The notes under the pieces: model-generated
What the model saw: the letters and a program-made list of their open reading frames with translations, nothing else
Database searches by the model: none
Told to the model about the DNA's origin: nothing
Shown here: piece after piece, positions 18,301-28,122 of the stretch
Layout of the letters: every line of letters begins with the position of its first letter
How positions within the stretch are numbered: the stretch's first letter is position 1
Made by a program: the position numbers and the translations under genes
Origin: Candidatus Poribacteria bacterium
GTDB taxonomy: Bacteria; Poribacteria; WGA-4E; WGA-3G
Direction: 5' to 3'
DNA: 64,000 nt
NCBI GenBank assembly: GCA_963663765.2
Contig: CAXXUA010000013.1
Span: 576,001 to 640,000 of the forward strand

Positions 18301-21300
18301 TGCAGGTATAGTAGACAATTCATTACCATCCAATTCAAGGATTTCCAGATTTGTAAGATTCTTAAAGATCCCATCAGGTAATATGCTGATATCCTGACCA
18401 TCCAGATCAAGTCTTGTCAGTGCTGTAAGGTTGTCAAAAACACCCGCTGGAAGACTTGTTAAGTTACCGGCTTCAAGCTCAAGTATCTTAAGCGAAGTCA
18501 GATTATCAAAGATTGTAGCAGATATCATTGCGATCTCGGTAAAATCCAAGTTAAGGTGTGTCAAACTGGTGAGGTTATCAAAAACGCCATCTGGAAGCGT
18601 TGTTAACTCGTTAAGAAAGAAATCAAGCAGTGTCAAACTGGTAAGATTGTCAAAAATACCATCTGGAAGTGTTGTTATATCGTTACTGATCAACTTGAGT
18701 GTTGTCAAACTGGTAAGATTGTCAAAAATGCCATCTGGAAGTGTTGTTAACTCGTTTCCAGTCAAGTCGAGTGTTGTCAAACTGGTAAGGTCGTCAAAAA
18801 TGCCATCTGGCAGTGCTGTTAACATGGTTGAAAGCAGGTTGAGTTCTGCCAAACTCGTGAGACCGTCAAAATCGCCAGATTTGAGACCATTTGCCCTGAT
18901 ACTTTCATCCCCAGCTAGGTTCAGTGTTCCTGTGATCGCTGCAAGATGTGTTTCTGTAACATCAGATGCATAATCCACACCAGATACCTTTGCGACGATA
19001 GCATCGCGTATCCCTGCTGTTCGGTTAGCGACAGGTATGAAACTCTCATTTGCGTCTGTGACATTGATCGTAACAGCAATCGTATCGCTATCATTACTTG
19101 CCCCACTATCGTCAGTGACCTTGACAGTTACCGAATAGGAAGTCTTCGTTTCATAGTTCAACGCTGCCCTTGTTTGGAGTTGTCCACTCGTGCTAACAAT
19201 AGAAAATGATGATGCATCTGTGCCTTCAAGTGTATAGGTCAATATGTCATCAGTATCATCATCTGTAGCCGCTACAGGTGCACCGAAATTTTGTCCTGAG
19301 TCAGTATTTTCTGCGACAGAACGCGTTGTGCTTTCACCATCAAATACGGGTGCGTTGTTTGTTATCTGCTGCGAGACACGGGTCACAAAAATCGTGCCTG
19401 ATATTTCTGCGGTGGCACTATCAGGATCTGTAGCAATTACCTTAATTGAGTAAGCGGAACTCGTATCGTCAATGAGTGCTTGCGTCACCTTGATTTGTCC
19501 TGAACTGCTATCAATATCAAACTTAGCTGCATCATCACCACCGAGACTATAACTCAATGTGTCGTCATCAGCATCGGTCGCAGTAACCTTATCACCGATG
19601 CTATCGCCTACAGAAGCGTTTGCAATGTCTGATATTCTGTAGGAGAAACTATTATTTGAAAATGAGGGGGCGGTGTTCTCACTGACATCATTCACATTGA
19701 TGGTAACAGCAATCGTATCACTATTATTACTTGCACCACTATCATCAGTGACCTTGACAGTTACCGAATAGGAAGTCTTTGTCTCATAGTCCAACGTTAC
19801 GCTGGTTTGCAGCTGACCACTTGTGCTGACAATAGAAAACGATGCTGCATCTGTGCCTTCAAGCGTATAGGTCAATGTGTCATCAGTATCATCATCTGTA
19901 GCAGCGACAGGTTCACCGATATTTTGTCCTGATGCGGTATTTTCTGCGACTGAAAGCGTTGTGCTTTCACCATCATCAAATACGGGTGGGTTGTTTGTGT
20001 TCTGCTGCGAGACACGGGTAACAAATATCGTTCCTGATATTTCAGCAGTTGCACTATCAGGATCCGTAGCAATCACCTTTATTGCGTAGGCGGAACTGGT
20101 ATGATCAATAAGAGACTGTGTGATTTTCAGTTGTCCAGAACTGCTATCAATATCAAACTTAGCTGCATCATCACCCCCGAGACTGTAGGATAAAGTATCC
20201 TCATCAGCGTCGGTCGCAGTAACCTTATCACCGATGCTATCGCCTACAGAAGCGTTTTCAATGTCTGATATTCTATAGGAGAAACTACTTTCTGAAAATG
20301 AGGGTGCGGTGTTCTCATTGACATCTGTAACGTTGATGGTTACGGCAATTGTGTTGGTCAATGTATCATCAGTTACCTTTACAGTTACCGAATATGAAGT
20401 TGTTGTTTCATAATCTAATGCAGCGTTTGTTTGGAGCTGTCCACTCGTGCTGACAATAGAAAATGATGATGCATCTGTGCCTTCAAGTGTGTATTCTAAG
20501 GTGTCACCTTCGGGGTCTGTCGCGGAAACTGCACTGCCGATATTCTGTCCTGATGCAGTATGTTCAGCTATAGACCGGGTGGTTGGTGAACTTTCTGTGA
20601 ATGTGGGTGCTTCGTTGACATCCGTAACATTGATAGTGACAGGGATTGAATCTGTTCCACCATTTCCATCGGAGACCGATACCGTCACGGAATATGTGTC
20701 TTTGGTTTCATGGTCAAGTGCAGCATTTGTTCTGAGCTGTCCATTTGTGCTGTCAATACTAAACGAAGCCGCATCTGTTCCACCGAGTGAGTATTCCAGT
20801 GTATCATCGGTATCGGGGTCGGTTGCTTCCACTTTATCTCCGATGTCAATACCGGTCCCTGTGTTTTCATTTACATTTAGGGTTATGCTTTCAGCCGTGC
20901 CAAACGAAGGGTCGTTGTTCTCATTCACATCATTAACATTGATGGTGACAGCGATTGAATCTGTTCCACCATTTCCATCTGAGACCGATACCGTCACGGA
21001 ATATGTGTTTTTGGTTTCATAGTCCAGCGCAGCATTTGTTCTTATCTGTCCAGATGTGCTGTCAATACTAAACGAAGCCGCATCTGTTCCACCGAGTGAG
21101 TATTCCAGTGTATCATCGGTATCGGGGTCGGTTGCTTCCACTTTATCTCCGATGTCAATACCGGTACCTGTATTTTCATTTACATTGCGGGTTATGCTTT
21201 CAGCCGTGCCAAACGAAGGGTTGCTGTTCTCATCAACATCGGTGACTTTGATGGTAACAGCGATTGAATCTGATCCACCATTTCCATCTGAGACCGATAC

Positions 21301-24300
21301 CGTCACGGAATATGTGTTTTTGGTTTCATAGTCGAGCGCAACATTTGTTCTTATTTGTCCAGATGTGCTATTAATACTAAAGGAAGCCGCGTCTGTGCCA
21401 CCAAGGCTGTATTCTAATGTATCATCATCCCCATCTGTAGCAGCGACAGCATCACCAATATCTACACCTGAGAGTGTATTTTCAGCGATGGATCGTTCCG
21501 TGCTTTCACCATCTGTGAAAACAGGCGCGCTGTTCTCATCCACATCGGTGACTTTGATGGTAACGGTAATGGAATCCGTTCCACCATTTCCATCCGAGAC
21601 AGAAACGGTTACGGAATATGTGCTTTTTGTTTCATAGTCCAGGGCAGCATTTGTTCGGATTTGTCCAGATGTGCTATTAATACTAAAGGAAGCCGCGTCT
21701 GTGCCGCCAAGACTGTAGTCTAATGTGTCATCATCCGCATCTGTAGCAGCGACAGCATCACCAATATCTACACCTGAGAGTGTATTTTCAGCGATGGATC
21801 GTTCCGTGCTTTCACCATCTGTGAAAACAGGCGCGCTGTTCTCATCAACATCGGTGACTTTGATGGTAACAGTGATTGAATCCGTTCCACCATTGCCATC
21901 GGAGACCGATACCGTAACAGAATATGCGTTTTTTGTTTCATAGTCCAGCGCAGCTTTTGTTCTGATTTGTCCGTTTGTGCTGCCGATTTCAAATGAAGCG
22001 GCATCTGTTCCACCGAGTGAATATTCCAGTGTGGCATCATCTGCATCTGTAGCGGTTATTGCTGTGCCGATGTTGACACCAGCCCCCGTATTTTCAGCGA
22101 TGGATCGTTCCGCGCTTTCCCCGTCTGTGAAAACAGGCGCGGTGTTCTCATCAACATCCGTAACATTGATGGTGACAGGGATTGAATCCGTTCCACCATT
22201 GCCATCGGAGACCGATACCGTAACAGAATATGCGTTTTTTGTTTCATAGTCGAGTGCAGCTTTTGTTCTGAGTTGTCCATTTGTGCTGCCGAGACTGAAA
22301 GAGCTTCTATCTGTTCCACCGAGTGAATATTCGAGTGTGTCATCGGTATCGGGATCAGTAGCGGCTACTGCTGCACCGATGTTGACACCTGAACCCGTAT
22401 TTTCCGCAATGGATCGTTCCGCGCTTTCGCTACCAAATGTGGGTGCTTCGTTAACATCCGTAACAGTGATAGTGACAGCTATTGTGTCGGTGGCATCTCC
22501 TGTGTCGGTCGCTATAACTGTAACCGTATATGAATTTTTGGTTTCATAAACAAGTGCTGCTTTTGTTTTTAATTGTCCAGAAGTGCTAACAATGTCGAAC
22601 GATGCAGCATCCGTGCCACCGAGACTGTAGGTTATGGTGTCCTCAGCGTCAGGATCTGTTGCAGTGATGACGTTACCTAAGTTTGTGCCAGCAGCAGTCT
22701 TCTCAGCGACTTGACGTGTAATGGAGTCCCCATCGTTAAATACCGGTGCTTCGTTGACGTTTGTAACATTGATCGTGACCGTGATCTCATCTTCCAACGT
22801 GCCATCAGAGACAGTAACTATTACCTCATAAGAAGTCTTCGTTTCATAGTTTAGTGCCGCGCTGGTTTTCAACTGACCTGTGTCACCATCAATAGCAAAT
22901 GAAGAGGCATCAGTGCCACTGAGTAGATAAGCAAGATTTTCACTATCTTCGTCAGTCGCAGCAATCGCAGTGCCGATGTTGGCATCAGCAGCAGTATTCT
23001 CTGCAATTGTCCGTGTAGCCTCGTCACCATCAGTGAACACAGGTGCAATGTTTGAAGGCGTCTCGTCTAAATCCCTGACATTGATTGTCACTGCAATGGA
23101 ATCCGTTAGACTGCCATCTGATACCGCAATGGTTACAGAATAGGATGTTTTTGTTTCATAATCAAGTGCAGCCTTTGTTTTCAATTGTCCGGTTGTGGAT
23201 TCAATGTCAAATGATGTACCGTTCGTGCCACCGAGGGTGTAAGTTAATGTCGTGCTGTCAACATCCGTTGCTGACACAGCACTGCCGATGTTGATGCCAG
23301 AACCTGCATTTTCTGCGATTGTGCGGGTTGTGCTGGTGCCAGCAGTAAAAACGGGTGCTTCGTTGACGTTAGTTATGTTGATTGTCACAGATATGCTGGA
23401 ACTGCCGCCTTGATCATCGGAGACAGTGATGGTGACTGAATATGAAGATTTTGTTTCGTAATCCAGTGCTGCACTCGTTCGGAGTTGACCTGAACTACTA
23501 TCAATACTAAAGGAAGCGGCATCTGCTCCACTCATCCTATAAGATAAAGTGTCATCATCAGCATCTGTCGCAGATACAACACTACCGATGTTCACATTAG
23601 AGGCAGTATTTTCAGCAATGGTACGTGTTGTGCTACTCCCATTTGTGAAGACGGGTGCGTTGTTGACAGGACTTTCGTCGATATCGTTGACATTAATTGT
23701 GACCGTGATACTTGCACTCCCACCATTCCCATCTGAAACAGTGATGGTGACTGAATATGAATCTTTCGTTTCATAATCCAGTGCTGCACTCGTTCGGAGT
23801 TGTCCTGAACTACTATCAATACTAAAGGAAGTGGCATCTGTTCCACTCAGACTGTAGGACAACGTATCATCATCAGCATCCGTCGCAGAAACAGCAGTGC
23901 TAATGTCTACACCAGATTTGGTATTCTCATCTACAGAGCGCGTAGTGGTGCTCCCATCTGTGAATGTGGGTGCTGTGTTCGTCGCTTCATCAACATCCGT
24001 AACATTGATAGTGATGTTTATAGTATCACTTCCTCCCTTTCCATCGGAGACGTTGATGGTGACTGAATAGGAAGATTTTGTTTCATAGTCAAGTGCTGCG
24101 CTTGTTCGCAATTGTCCGTTTGTGCTTCCAATGCTAAATGAGGATGCATCTGTTCCACCCAGACTATAAGTTAAAGTGTCATTGTCCTCATCTGTCGCAG
24201 AAACAGCACTGCCAATGTCTACACCGGAACCCGTATTCTCTGCGACTGAACGGGATGCAGTCTCACCTTCTGTGAAGACAGGTGCTGTGTTCGTCGCTTC

Positions 24301-27300
24301 ATCAACATCCGTGATGTTGATAGTGACAGCAATAGTATCACTTCCGCCTTTTCTATCTGAGACAGTGATAGTGACTGAATAGGATGACTTTGTTTCATAG
24401 TCAAGTGCTGTGCTTGTTCGCAATTGACCATTTGTACTTCCAATACTGAATGAAGCGGCATCTGTGCCCCCCAGACTGTAAGTTAAAGTGTCATTGTCAA
24501 CATCCGTTGCAGAAACAGCACTGCCAATGTCTACACCGGAACCCGTATTCTCATCTATGGAGCGCGTAGTGGTGCTCCCATCTGTGAAGACAGGTGCTGT
24601 GTTCGTCGCTTCATCAACATCCGTAACATTGATAGTGACAGCAATAGTATCGCTTCCTCCCTTTCCATCGGAGACGTTGATGGTGACTGAATAGGAAGAT
24701 TTTGTTTCATAGTCAAGTGCTGCACTTGTTCGCAATTGTCCGTTTGTGCTTCCAATACTAAATGAGGATGCATCTGAGCCACTTAGACTATAAGTTAAAG
24801 TGTCATTGTCCTCATCTGTCGCAGAAACAGCAGTGCCAATGTCTACACCTGACCCCGTATTCTCATCTACGGAGCGCGTAGTGGTGCTCCCATCTGTGAA
24901 TGTGGGTGCTGTGTTCGTCGTTTCATCAACATCCGTGATGTTGATAGTGATGTTGATAGTATCGCTTCCCCCTTTTCCATCGGAGACAGTGATGGTGACT
25001 GAATTGGAAGATTTTGTTTCATAGTCAAGTGCTGCGTTCGTTCGCAATTGACCATTTGCGCTGCCAATACTAAACGATGACGCATCCGTGCCACTTAGGC
25101 TATAGCTCAAGGTATCATCATCAGCATCTGTTGCAGAAACAGCAGTGCCAATATTGACACCCGAGCCCGTATTCTCTGCGACTGAACGGGATGCAGTCTC
25201 ACCTTCTGTAAAGATCGGTGCCGTATTCAGTGCTTCTTCAACATCTGAGACATTTATTGTTACGGTTATTGTGTCGCTTCCATCGTTATCATCAGAGACG
25301 GTAATAATCACTGAATAGGAGGTCCTTGTTTCATAGTCAAGTGCTGTGTTCGTTCGCAATTGACCATTTGTGCTACCAATACTGAATGAAGTCGCATCAG
25401 AACCACCGAGAATGTATGTTAAAGTATCATCGTCAGCATCTGTTGCTGATACAGGATTACCGATATTGACACCAGAACCCGTATTTTCAGCAACTGTTCG
25501 TGTAGTGGTGCTACCTTCTGTGAAAACAGGAGCGTTATTCGGGGGATCAGTATCCTCCCCATCCGTTGTTTCATCGGTCGTTGGTGTTTCTACGATGTCG
25601 GTAATGTTGATCGTAACATCAATACTGTCCGTAAGGCTGCCATCAGAAACAGTGATCGTCACTGAATAGGAGTCCTTTGTTTCGTAATCAAGCGCGACCT
25701 TTGTCTGTAGTTGCCCCGATGTGCTATTTATGCTTAAGGATGCTGCATCGGTGCCTGAAACCGTATAAGTTAAGGTATCATTGTTAGCATCTGTGGCAGT
25801 GACAGCGGAACCAATGTCTGATCCTGCATCAGTATTCTCGGCGATAGAACGGGTTGTATTTATCCCTTCGGTGAATACAGGTGGTGTATTGACTGCGCTG
25901 TAGATTTCCAAAGGTAACTCGTTAGATTTTGCCAGGGCATACCCAATATGGTTCGTCGGTAAATTGGGTAATGTGCCAAAGTCTACTGTCACATCATCAT
26001 AAGTGTCGGGTGTGCGGTTCACCATCAAGGGTTGACTTTCTACGCTGCCTTTCAAAATTGTGATTGTGGTTGCATTATTATTCAAACTGCCGTTTGCAAC
26101 AGTGATCGGCAGCACAATATCAACAGGTGCACCTTTTGATATGACAACTTTGATTTGGTTTTCTCCAACTTTTTGAATTGTCATATTCAGGGATAATGGA
26201 TCAACTGTATTGCCGCTCAAATCCAGTGATGTCAAGGATGATAAACCCTCAAATACACCATCAGGTAGACTTTGTAATTGGTTATTTGATAGATTCAGTG
26301 TTGATAGTGACAGTAATCCTTCAAAATCATCTGCTTTCAATGATGTAATGTCCATGTCACTTAGATCAAGCGATGTAATGGTAGCAAGGTCTGCTTCTGA
26401 TATGTTTCGGCAATCTTCTATACCTTGTAGCGCGGATACTATTACATCACTAACCTGTATTGTGCGGTTGCAGACAGTAGATTTTGCAAGGATATATCCG
26501 AAATGGTTAGGAGGAATGCTTGGTAAGTTACCGATATTTACATCTGTCGTTGTCGCAACAAAAGATCCACTTGTCACACTTCCTTTCGGTATTGTGATAT
26601 TAGCGACACTTGCCTCATTGATAGGTAACACGATGTCGAATGGCGCGCCTGTAGGAATTATGGCTCTGAACTCATTATCAGACACTTGTTGCAATGACAC
26701 CATCAACGGCATTGGTGCAACAAGGTTGCCACCTAAACGAATTGAAGTGAGCGAGGTAAGATCTTCAAAGATACGAACAGGCAGGTTACGCAACATATTT
26801 CCATATAGGTTTAAACTTGTTAAACTTGTCAATCCAGAAAAATCACCGCTTTTGAGTTCTGAAATACCAGCAGACCGAAGGTTTAGAGAAGTAATCGTTG
26901 CAAGATGCGTATCTGTTACATCTGCTGCTACACTTACATCCGGGATTGCTGCAACGATGGCATCACGCACCATTGGTGTCCGATCACTGACAGCAAGCAT
27001 CGTTGAAACCGCTGGCGTGTCATCTAAATCAATGACAATTATGATGACAGAAATAGTTGATGTGAGTGTTTCATCGGAAGCATTTACAGATACAATATAG
27101 ATTCGTTTTGTTTCATAGTCTAATGCATTTTTTGTTTTCAGTTGTCCAGTGTCACTATCAATACTAAAAGAATCTGCGTTTAAACCACTAAGCGTGTATG
27201 CTAATGTATCGTTTTCAGTATCAGTCGCAGAAACGGCATTGCCGATATTCACATCAGCTGCACTGTTTTCGGACACTGAACGCAAAGTAATATTGCCATC

Positions 27301-28044
27301 AGCAAAGGTCGGTGCGGTGTTTTCAGGTGTTTCAGGTTGTGTGGGAGTCTCTGGTTCCACTGGTGTTTCAGGTGTTGTGCTGGTGGCACTGATCACTTCA
27401 ATGGGCAATGTATCAGATTTAGAAAGAACATAACCGTAGTGATTACTCGGCAAACTGGATAGCGTTCCGATATTAGCTGTTACTGCTGCAGTCGTTCCTG
27501 CAGTGCGAGTTACCGTGACAGTACTACTTTCTACTGCACCTTTAGAAATGGTCAGAGATGTCATATTCCCGCTAATGCTACCATTGGTAGGACTGATGGG
27601 AATACTCATAGTGAACGGTGCGCCTGTCGCGACAACGGCTTTAATCTGATCCTCTGCAACTTTTTCCAATAAGATGGTAATTTGCATAGGATCAACAGTG
27701 TTCCCACCTAATCGCAGAGTTGTTAGTGCCGTGAGTCCTTCAAAGATTTTATCCGGCAGACTGCTCAGTTCGTTGCCATATAAGTTCAGGTTAGTCAGAC
27801 CAGTCATCCCAGAAAAATCACCCGATTTTAGTGCTGTAATACCTTTGGAACGTAAGTTTAGACTTGTGATTGCCGCGAGTTGTGCATCGGTCACATCCGC
27901 TGCGGAATTCGCTCCTGCGGCAGTCACGATGGCATCACGCACTTCTGTTGTGCGATCAACCACCGGAGTGATCTCCGCAAAGCTTGTTATTTGTAGACCG
28001 AAAATCAATAAAACTGAGAACAAAACAGGTACTCTTTGCATCAT
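15400..28044 (-). CDS. Giant secreted LRR/cadherin protein A (~4,200 aa) with C-terminal FlgD-Ig/T9SS-like domain
   Basis: ATG 28044 after AAAGGAAA; signal peptide; three short LRR modules; ~24 cadherin-like repeats (LDYET, APVF, DxDxD); three long LRR modules; NYPNPFNPETWIPY...KMLIRK. Confidence 0.9.
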   Translation of the reverse strand: MMQRVPVLFSVLLIFGLQITSFAEITPVVDRTTEVRDAIVTAAGANSAADVTDAQLAAITSLNLRSKGITALKSGDFSGMTGLTNLNLYGNELSSLPDKIFEGLTALTTLRLGGNTVDPMQITILLEKVAEDQIKAVVATGAPFTMSIPISPTNGSISGNMTSLTISKGAVESSTVTVTRTAGTTAAVTANIGTLSSLPSNHYGYVLSKSDTLPIEVISATSTTPETPVEPETPTQPETPENTAPTFADGNITLRSVSENSAADVNIGNAVSATDTENDTLAYTLSGLNADSFSIDSDTGQLKTKNALDYETKRIYIVSVNASDETLTSTISVIIIVIDLDDTPAVSTMLAVSDRTPMVRDAIVAAIPDVSVAADVTDTHLATITSLNLRSAGISELKSGDFSGLTSLTSLNLYGNMLRNLPVRIFEDLTSLTSIRLGGNLVAPMPLMVSLQQVSDNEFRAIIPTGAPFDIVLPINEASVANITIPKGSVTSGSFVATTTDVNIGNLPSIPPNHFGYILAKSTVCNRTIQVSDVIVSALQGIEDCRNISEADLATITSLDLSDMDITSLKADDFEGLLSLSTLNLSNNQLQSLPDGVFEGLSSLTSLDLSGNTVDPLSLNMTIQKVGENQIKVVISKGAPVDIVLPITVANGSLNNNATTITILKGSVESQPLMVNRTPDTYDDVTVDFGTLPNLPTNHIGYALAKSNELPLEIYSAVNTPPVFTEGINTTRSIAENTDAGSDIGSAVTATDANNDTLTYTVSGTDAASLSINSTSGQLQTKVALDYETKDSYSVTITVSDGSLTDSIDVTINITDIVETPTTDETTDGEDTDPPNNAPVFTEGSTTTRTVAENTGSGVNIGNPVSATDADDDTLTYILGGSDATSFSIGSTNGQLRTNTALDYETRTSYSVIITVSDDNDGSDTITVTINVSDVEEALNTAPIFTEGETASRSVAENTGSGVNIGTAVSATDADDDTLSYSLSGTDASSFSIGSANGQLRTNAALDYETKSSNSVTITVSDGKGGSDTINITINITDVDETTNTAPTFTDGSTTTRSVDENTGSGVDIGTAVSATDEDNDTLTYSLSGSDASSFSIGSTNGQLRTSAALDYETKSSYSVTINVSDGKGGSDTIAVTINVTDVDEATNTAPVFTDGSTTTRSIDENTGSGVDIGSAVSATDVDNDTLTYSLGGTDAASFSIGSTNGQLRTSTALDYETKSSYSVTITVSDRKGGSDTIAVTINITDVDEATNTAPVFTEGETASRSVAENTGSGVDIGSAVSATDEDNDTLTYSLGGTDASSFSIGSTNGQLRTSAALDYETKSSYSVTINVSDGKGGSDTINITINVTDVDEATNTAPTFTDGSTTTRSVDENTKSGVDISTAVSATDADDDTLSYSLSGTDATSFSIDSSSGQLRTSAALDYETKDSYSVTITVSDGNGGSASITVTINVNDIDESPVNNAPVFTNGSSTTRTIAENTASNVNIGSVVSATDADDDTLSYRMSGADAASFSIDSSSGQLRTSAALDYETKSSYSVTITVSDDQGGSSSISVTINITNVNEAPVFTAGTSTTRTIAENAGSGINIGSAVSATDVDSTTLTYTLGGTNGTSFDIESTTGQLKTKAALDYETKTSYSVTIAVSDGSLTDSIAVTINVRDLDETPSNIAPVFTDGDEATRTIAENTAADANIGTAIAATDEDSENLAYLLSGTDASSFAIDGDTGQLKTSAALNYETKTSYEVIVTVSDGTLEDEITVTINVTNVNEAPVFNDGDSITRQVAEKTAAGTNLGNVITATDPDAEDTITYSLGGTDAASFDIVSTSGQLKTKAALVYETKNSYTVTVIATDTGDATDTIAVTITVTDVNEAPTFGSESAERSIAENTGSGVNIGAAVAATDPDTDDTLEYSLGGTDRSSFSLGSTNGQLRTKAALDYETKNAYSVTVSVSDGNGGTDSIPVTINVTDVDENTAPVFTDGESAERSIAENTGAGVNIGTAITATDADDATLEYSLGGTDAASFEIGSTNGQIRTKAALDYETKNAYSVTVSVSDGNGGTDSITVTIKVTDVDENSAPVFTDGESTERSIAENTLSGVDIGDAVAATDADDDTLDYSLGGTDAASFSINSTSGQIRTNAALDYETKSTYSVTVSVSDGNGGTDSITVTIKVTDVDENSAPVFTDGESTERSIAENTLSGVDIGDAVAATDGDDDTLEYSLGGTDAASFSINSTSGQIRTNVALDYETKNTYSVTVSVSDGNGGSDSIAVTIKVTDVDENSNPSFGTAESITRNVNENTGTGIDIGDKVEATDPDTDDTLEYSLGGTDAASFSIDSTSGQIRTNAALDYETKNTYSVTVSVSDGNGGTDSIAVTINVNDVNENNDPSFGTAESITLNVNENTGTGIDIGDKVEATDPDTDDTLEYSLGGTDAASFSIDSTNGQLRTNAALDHETKDTYSVTVSVSDGNGGTDSIPVTINVTDVNEAPTFTESSPTTRSIAEHTASGQNIGSAVSATDPEGDTLEYTLEGTDASSFSIVSTSGQLQTNAALDYETTTSYSVTVKVTDDTLTNTIAVTINVTDVNENTAPSFSESSFSYRISDIENASVGDSIGDKVTATDADEDTLSYSLGGDDAAKFDIDSSSGQLKITQSLIDHTSSAYAIKVIATDPDSATAEISGTIFVTRVSQQNTNNPPVFDDGESTTLSVAENTASGQNIGEPVAATDDDTDDTLTYTLEGTDAASFSIVSTSGQLQTSVTLDYETKTSYSVTVKVTDDSGASNNSDTIAVTINVNDVSENTAPSFSNNSFSYRISDIANASVGDSIGDKVTATDADDDTLSYSLGGDDAAKFDIDSSSGQIKVTQALIDDTSSAYSIKVIATDPDSATAEISGTIFVTRVSQQITNNAPVFDGESTTRSVAENTDSGQNFGAPVAATDDDTDDILTYTLEGTDASSFSIVSTSGQLQTRAALNYETKTSYSVTVKVTDDSGASNDSDTIAVTINVTDANESFIPVANRTAGIRDAIVAKVSGVDYASDVTETHLAAITGTLNLAGDESIRANGLKSGDFDGLTSLAELNLLSTMLTALPDGIFDDLTSLTTLDLTGNELTTLPDGIFDNLTSLTTLKLISNDITTLPDGIFDNLTSLTLLDFFLNELTTLPDGVFDNLTSLTHLNLDFTEIAMISATIFDNLTSLKILELEAGNLTSLPAGVFDNLTALTRLDLDGQDISILPDGIFKNLTNLEILELDGNELSTIPAGTFAGLTNIKELYLYDNAVEPLPINIDFVTVPGGNIKAVAPIGAPFELELPIIVTNGIISGGATGVTIPTGATESETITVTRAGSAANDVVVAFGDMPSLPSGHQGYSLIKGDSLTISTGVNTNITPVSDRTAAVRDAIVAKVSGVTDAADVTVTHLAAITGTLDLSSNSNLQSNGIKSGDFHGLTSLTGLNLSGNNLNTPPTGIFSDLTSLTHLNLNSNNIQTLGNNVIDNLTSLESLELESASLTSLPAGIFDNLTALTTLDLDSNDINVLPVGIFQNLTNLETLELDGNDLSAVPTGTFEGLTNITELKLGGNTVDPLSINLILQFVSIGKIKVVAPIGLPFEFDFPITVTNGSISGGGTGVTIAAGATNSETITIIRTMGTTTAVTAAFGDLPDLPSGHEGYSFTKENSLTVFRDVNTSITPVSERTASVRDAIVAKVSGVDDAAAVTSDHLLAITGAIDLIGRDDIRTNGLKSGDFDGLTSLTGLNLVGNKLTTLPDGIFDNLTSLTTLNLSHNDLTTLPDGIFDNLTNLTYLGLIWHELGTISGAVFDNLTSLKTLELKNGPLTSLPDGVFDNLTALTTLDLQSNKISTLPDEIFKNLTNLEQLELDNNELSAIPAGTFVGLTSLTKLYLDRNKVNPLPLNISLVKVSSGEVKAVAPTGAPFSIDLPVYVQDGSISGDVTSITIPKGSTDSSTFTVTRNSDSTGSVVVINDGVPSLPSHHDGYVLIESSPIIVIDGNNAAPYFPDGLSTTRFVNENAAYKGEDFGDPVTAIDLDGDSLTYSLGGTDASKFIIDSTTGQLQTNEVFLSYETLGWSRYNVTVIATDDSGEDNDSTSINVRIQVTEDRGSPPLSSLTQLNNLLQIPDSTAFLPNYPNPFNPETWIPYKLSEASDVTLTIYNVRGVVVRELALGHRAAGVYYSRPRAAHWDGKNNLGEKVAGGVYFIKFNAGNYTKIRKMLIRK

Positions 28045-28122
28045 AAATTTCCTTTCATCAATCAAGATACTTTCATTAAATCTTGTTGTAAATGTAGGAT
28101 TGGAACGCGCCAATGTTGTTTC

